A stretch of DNA of 64,000 bases from Syntrophales bacterium. Lineage in GTDB: Bacteria > Desulfobacterota > Syntrophia > Syntrophales > UBA2210. The stretch lies in assembly GCA_963665835.2 (NCBI GenBank), contig CAXXWJ010000001.1, forward strand, positions 1,725,032 to 1,789,031, given 5' to 3'. Shown here piece after piece: positions 59,707 through 64,000 of this stretch. The notes below the pieces were generated by a model. That model did not search any database, was not told where the DNA came from, and saw only the letters and a list, made by a program, of their open reading frames with translations. The translations under genes and the position numbers were made by a program. Each line of letters begins with the position of its first letter. Positions within the stretch are counted from its first letter, which is position 1.

Positions 59707-60153
59707 TTATCCTTTCTCGACAAGCTCACAATACCTCTGGGTTATTATGTAGATACCATGGTCGAACATGCGTATCGTCTTGTTTATTGTCTCCACCGCC
59801 TGCCTGTGATCCATGGCGCTCAAAAACGGAGCCTGAAAGTCCGCGTAAAGCCACAGGTGTCTCCTCATCATAATGAGCGCGTACAGGGCCTCATGCAGAG
59901 GGATCTTGTACTTAAAGCTTACTTCCGCATACTCTGAAAAATATTTGCGCAACTCCGTGTAGGGCTTTTCACTGTGATACATAGTGTGAAGATTTTTGTA
60001 AAAGAACCCTGCCCTCCTAAGGAGTTCATCCTCCGGGAAGTTGTTAAATGTTGGTGTCCGGGGATTTTGTCTCACAGCATTGGACCACTGCGCTGCAATT
60101 TCCTTTCTGTGCGTTTCCAAAACGTTCATAAGTCTATCAGCGAATACTTTCAT
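59707..60153 (-). CDS. Stand-alone helical sensor-like domain protein (RsbRD N-terminal/globin-like pattern, tentative)
   Basis: 148 aa. EIAAQWSNAVRQN...HEALYALIMMRRHLW resembles N-terminal domains of RsbR-type proteins. The assignment is from memory only. Confidence 0.35.
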   Translation of the reverse strand: MKVFADRLMNVLETHRKEIAAQWSNAVRQNPRTPTFNNFPEDELLRRAGFFYKNLHTMYHSEKPYTELRKYFSEYAEVSFKYKIPLHEALYALIMMRRHLWLYADFQAPFLSAMDHRQAVETINKTIRMFDHGIYIITQRYCELVEKG

Positions 60154-60192
60154 GGCGAGTCTCCTTTCCGTATCAGTCTATTGCCGTATTCA

Positions 60193-60618
60193 TCACGTCC
60201 CGAAGACATACTGCGTGGTTGTCTTCAAAAACCTTCTGATTATCTGTAATTGAGGCCTAAAAATTGTTACTGTTTCACTTTTCCATGGTATCGGCATGTC
60301 CAGTATCACTGAAAATATCCTGGCCTCTATACCGCTCTTGGATTTTACCACCATTCGACCTTCTTGAGATCCTACCTCTATCATGATCGGAAGGGGTAAT
60401 ATGCTACTTTCTTCATTGTCTAACATCTCTGCCATATACTCAAGCTCTTTTTTCTTAAAAAAGTGTTTACTTCCGTCCCCGCACTCAACATGGGGGTGAA
60501 TCTCTCCCATTAGTTCACTCAATGTCTTTCGCCTTCTTGGCAGGTAGGCATTAAGAAGTTTTGTGTCGCTCTTGAGGCATGCTTCAAATATCATGTCTGG
60601 TCCGGGTTCAATAGGCAT
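60193..60618 (-). CDS. DUF61/UPF0216-like protein (family otherwise typical of archaea)
   Basis: LNAYLPRRRKTLSELMGEIHPHVECGDGSKHFFKKKELEYMAEMLD..LPLPIMIEV matches the remembered UPF0216 pattern (P..r.sL.eLL....P.v...dG..h.f...EL..l...l......LrLPI.le). It overlaps ntpD by 11 nt. Confidence 0.5.
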   Translation of the reverse strand: MPIEPGPDMIFEACLKSDTKLLNAYLPRRRKTLSELMGEIHPHVECGDGSKHFFKKKELEYMAEMLDNEESSILPLPIMIEVGSQEGRMVVKSKSGIEARIFSVILDMPIPWKSETVTIFRPQLQIIRRFLKTTTQYVFGT

Positions 60619-61258
60619 AGGCCTCTCTCTGTTCGATCAGCATTTTTACATATTTTAAGCGTGCAGTCTCTTCGCGGTCCCGTTCTTCAAATTTCATTGT
60701 CAGGTATTTTATGGTGGCTTCCAGGCCTGGAATAACAATATATTCCAAGGCGTTGTTGATCCTTTTTACCTTATTTATCTCTGCCCCAAGAAGCTCCAGC
60801 GAGTTCTGAAGTTCTGCTAGCTCGATGGAGGTTTGCAGGCATTTTCGCGAGAGGATGGTGCTGTTGTCTATCAATGCCGATGTGTCGGAAGTGTTCCTGA
60901 CTGAAGATCCCGGTGTTGCGAGATCCTCTATTTCAAAGGCCGGGAGCCTTACACCGGCGATATTCCTGATTGATGTAGAGATCTTAAGGGTCATGGGGGA
61001 TGCAAGGAGCTCCTTCTCCAGTGACGCATAGCCATGGTATCCCGTAGTAACTGACAGCGCCCGATATCCCTCCTTGAATTCTACCAGCAGTCTTTCCTTT
61101 ACCAAGGAGCACTCCTTGACGGCTCCGAGGAATTCCATGATCAGGATGGAAAGTCTATCCTTGACGATCTTTTGTATCCTCGTGGCTAGCTTAAGACGAC
61201 GTTTCAGGCGCGCAAGCTCAATCTTTGTCGGTCGTGTTACCTGTACCTTAGTTGACAT
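60608..61258 (-). CDS. ntpD: V/A-type ATP synthase subunit D
   Basis: PTKIELARLKRRLKLATRIQKIVKDRL.. and a C-terminal coiled coil; 216 aa. Confidence 0.88.
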   Translation of the reverse strand: MSTKVQVTRPTKIELARLKRRLKLATRIQKIVKDRLSILIMEFLGAVKECSLVKERLLVEFKEGYRALSVTTGYHGYASLEKELLASPMTLKISTSIRNIAGVRLPAFEIEDLATPGSSVRNTSDTSALIDNSTILSRKCLQTSIELAELQNSLELLGAEINKVKRINNALEYIVIPGLEATIKYLTMKFEERDREETARLKYVKMLIEQREAYAY

Positions 61259-61270
61259 GGCATCACTCTT

Positions 61271-62692
61271 TTAAATGGTTTCATCTCCATCCCCGACCTT
61301 TACGGACTTGGGGAGATATTTGTCTATGTATTCTTCACGGATAAGTTTCAGGTCCTCTTTAGGTAGCATGGAGAAGATGTTCCATGCACGTCCAAGTGTT
61401 TCCTCAACGGTTCTACGTTCCTTTTCATCCTGCGATATGAATTCTTCTTCGAAACGATCTGAGGCGGAGAGGTAGAGGCGGTCCCTGTCGCTGAGGGCCT
61501 CCGATCCTATAACGGTCGATATTTCTCTCAGATAGTTTCCCTCGGCATATACGGCATACGACTGCATGAAGGCGTTGTTGTGGTCTTCCCTGGTATTTCC
61601 TTCTCCGATTCCCTCCTTCATCATTCTCGATAGTGAAAGAAAGACATCTATGGGTGGATATATTCTTTTCCTTTCCAGGGCCCGTGAAAGAACGATTTGT
61701 CCCTCCGTGATATAACCGGTAAGATCCGCGATCGGATGTGTGATGTCGTCATCAGGCATTGTCAGGATTGGTATGATGGTCACCGATCCCTCCTTGCCGC
61801 TTATCCTGCCGGCCCGTTCGTACAGGGAAGCAAGGTCCGTATACATGTACCCCGGATATCCCCTCCTGCTGGGTATCTCGCCCCTCATAGCGGCCAGTTC
61901 GCGGAGAGCGTCGCAGTAATTGGTTATATCCGTCAGTATTACAAGGACATGCATGTTGTGCTCCCAGGCCAGGTATTCCGCCGCCGTAAGCGCCAGACGA
62001 GGCGTCGACAGTCTCTCGATAACAGGTGATGACGCAGTATTGATGAATGCAACGGTGCGGCTGAGGGCACCGGTTTCTTCGAGGTTCGATATGAAGTAAC
62101 CCGCATCATCGTAGCTGACACCGATTGCACCGAAAACAATCGCGAATTCTTCCGATTTTCCCTTCAGTGAAGCCTGCCGCAGTATCTGCGCGGCAATCTT
62201 GTTGTGCGGAAGGCCCGACCCGCTGAAGATGGGCAGTTTTTGTCCGCGGACAAGGACGTTCAACCCGTCTATGGCGGATATCCCGGTCTCGATGAATTCC
62301 GCCGGGGGCATGCGAGATGCGGGGTTTGCAGGGACACCGTTGATGTCAAGGTAGGTATCGGCGACGATAGGGGGGCCGCCGTCTATGGGATTTCCGCTCC
62401 CGTCAAAGATTCTACCCATGATGTCTCCAGATACGGGAAGTTTCAAGGTTTCCCCTTTGTATTTGACCTTGCTGTTCAGAAGGTCAACCTCGCTGACGCC
62501 CCCGAAGACCTGGACCACGGTGGTTTCCTTTCCCACCTCTATGACCTGCCCGATACGTATCTCTCCGGTGCCGAGCTGGACTTCCACTATCTCGTTGTAT
62601 CTGATACCGGGGATGCTCTCGATGACCAGGAGCGACCTCCTTGCTGTACTTATTGCCTTTGTCTGTCTGGTAAATAACTGTAGAGAATCCAT
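61271..62692 (-). CDS. ntpB: V/A-type ATP synthase subunit B
   Basis: GQKLPIFSGSGLPHN, PGRRGYPGYMYTDLA and SITQIPILTMP-type segments; 473 aa. Confidence 0.93.
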   Translation of the reverse strand: MDSLQLFTRQTKAISTARRSLLVIESIPGIRYNEIVEVQLGTGEIRIGQVIEVGKETTVVQVFGGVSEVDLLNSKVKYKGETLKLPVSGDIMGRIFDGSGNPIDGGPPIVADTYLDINGVPANPASRMPPAEFIETGISAIDGLNVLVRGQKLPIFSGSGLPHNKIAAQILRQASLKGKSEEFAIVFGAIGVSYDDAGYFISNLEETGALSRTVAFINTASSPVIERLSTPRLALTAAEYLAWEHNMHVLVILTDITNYCDALRELAAMRGEIPSRRGYPGYMYTDLASLYERAGRISGKEGSVTIIPILTMPDDDITHPIADLTGYITEGQIVLSRALERKRIYPPIDVFLSLSRMMKEGIGEGNTREDHNNAFMQSYAVYAEGNYLREISTVIGSEALSDRDRLYLSASDRFEEEFISQDEKERRTVEETLGRAWNIFSMLPKEDLKLIREEYIDKYLPKSVKVGDGDETI

Positions 62693-62703
62693 GAAGCTCC
62701 TCC

Positions 62704-63999
62704 TTACACAAAGGGGTTCTTGTCCATATCAGACCATAAATTTTTCATATATGTATTGAATTCCTCGTTCGGTATATCTTTCATCCTAGATATGCGGGGC
62801 AGTATTTTTGAAGATGCTATCTCGCTTATCAGCATACCTGATTCCGTCGCCTCCTTCGCCAGGTCGTAGAATTTCATGATGGCGCTGATCATGGCATGCG
62901 CCCTTGCGGGCTCTGTGTATGTGTCGACAGGATGATAGGCGCTCTGCATCAGGAAGTCTTCTCTGATCATGCGTGCCGCAAGAAGCACCAGCTTGTCATC
63001 TTCGGGGAGCGCTTCGGGTCCTACGAGGCGGACTATTTCCTCCAGTTCTGCTTCGTGCTGAAGTGTGATCAGCGCCTTGTTTCTTATATCACTGTAATCG
63101 GGGCTGATCTTGCTCCACCAGGCGTCCACCGAATCGGTGTAGAGACTGTAGCTCTGGAGCCAGTTGATGGTCGGAAAGTGTCTTTTGTTGGCGAGGGCAA
63201 CGTCCAGCGAGTAGAGGACGTCGACAATCCTAAGTGTTGCCTGAGTTACCGGTTCGCTGAAGTCTGCACCCGGAGGGCTGACGGAGCCTATAACAGTGGC
63301 GGAACCTTCCCGCTCCGGGCTCCCTAAGCATTTGATCCTCCCGGACCTTTCATAGAAGGCCGAGAGTCGAGATCCCAGATAGGTGGGAAACCCCTCTTCT
63401 CCAGGTGTTTCCTCGAGCCTGGCACCGATTTCTCTCATAGCCTCGGCCCAACGGGATGTAGAGTCCGCCACGAGTAGTACATCATATCCCATATCCCTGA
63501 AATATTCAGCCATGGTAATGCCGATAAAGATACTGATCTCCCTCGCAACAACGGGCATATTTGATGTGTTGGCAATAAAGATCTCTTTTTCCTGCAGGAG
63601 TCTGTCTGTTGCAGGATCTTTCAGCTTTTTGAAGCTGTGTAGAACGTCTGCCATTTCGTTGCCACGTTCACCACATCCGACATAGATGTTCAACTGTGTC
63701 TGAGACCACCTAGCCATCTGCTGCAGGGTGACGGTCTTACCGGTTCCGAATCCTCCAGGGATGGCGGCCTTCCCTCCCAGTGCAAGGGGGAAGAGATAAT
63801 CTATAATTCTCGTACCGGTCACCAGAAGGTCTTCAGGGTTGAATCTCTGTTTGTATATTCTAGGTTTTCTTGCTGGCCACTTCTGCATGAGAGTCAGGGG
63901 TTTTTTCACCCCTCCATGCTCCAGGAGTGCAACAGTCTCTTCTATTGTGAAGTCCCCTTCAGATATTTCCAGAATGGTGCCCTGTGTTCCTATGGGCAC
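62704..63999 (-). CDS. ntpA: V/A-type ATP synthase catalytic subunit A (5' end outside window)
   Basis: Walker A GGFGTGKTV, GERGNEM, LVADSTSRWAEA and PPGADFSEPVTQ. The ORF is open to the window edge. Confidence 0.93.
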   Translation of the reverse strand: MPIGTQGTILEISEGDFTIEETVALLEHGGVKKPLTLMQKWPARKPRIYKQRFNPEDLLVTGTRIIDYLFPLALGGKAAIPGGFGTGKTVTLQQMARWSQTQLNIYVGCGERGNEMADVLHSFKKLKDPATDRLLQEKEIFIANTSNMPVVAREISIFIGITMAEYFRDMGYDVLLVADSTSRWAEAMREIGARLEETPGEEGFPTYLGSRLSAFYERSGRIKCLGSPEREGSATVIGSVSPPGADFSEPVTQATLRIVDVLYSLDVALANKRHFPTINWLQSYSLYTDSVDAWWSKISPDYSDIRNKALITLQHEAELEEIVRLVGPEALPEDDKLVLLAARMIREDFLMQSAYHPVDTYTEPARAHAMISAIMKFYDLAKEATESGMLISEIASSKILPRISRMKDIPNEEFNTYMKNLWSDMDKNPFV

Positions 64000-64000
64000 C

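Overview
This 64-kb chromosomal window comes from what looks like an anaerobic Desulfobacterota/Syntrophia-type bacterium. That assignment is an inference from gene content: ihfA-merR after pheST, a GNA1162 lipoprotein, a PxxKW Cys-rich protein, HDOD, YgiQ, and an archaeal-type V-ATPase.

The left ~8 kb is an accessory island containing:
- An IS5-family transposase.
- An internally deleted IS1202-like ISNCY element, flanked by a 16-17 bp duplication.
- A 714-aa PHP-phosphoesterase / SMC-like ABC-ATPase fusion with a translationally coupled 96-aa acidic ORF. This is the best candidate for a poorly described anti-phage module; its architecture resembles Ppl.
- An integron-type gene-cassette array. 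Four attC-like sites have 3' GTTxxxx boxes that are the reverse complements of the next site's 5' xxxxAAC box. No integrase is present in the window.

The remaining ~56 kb is mostly core genome:
- Translation and conserved housekeeping genes: ygiQ, ettA, tRNA-Val, thrS-infC-rpmI-rplT-pheST-ihfA-merR, eno, plsB, pgsA.
- Signalling genes: a SpoIIE phosphatase, an HDOD protein with a hybrid kinase, and a NarL-type two-component pair.
- Metabolism and energy genes: CoA-transferase/acyl-CoA dehydrogenase, a PTS-like IID/HPr/EI trio, and the 3' half of a V/A-type ATPase operon with an unusual tail.
- Two decayed transposase relics (Y1/IS200-like and IS110-like).

Several unusual domain fusions are flagged: a periplasmic binding protein fused to a dead cytidine deaminase, a GNAT-deacetylase fusion, and an orphan signal-bearing c-subunit.

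All calls rest on reading motifs in the supplied translations and DNA. No database search was run.
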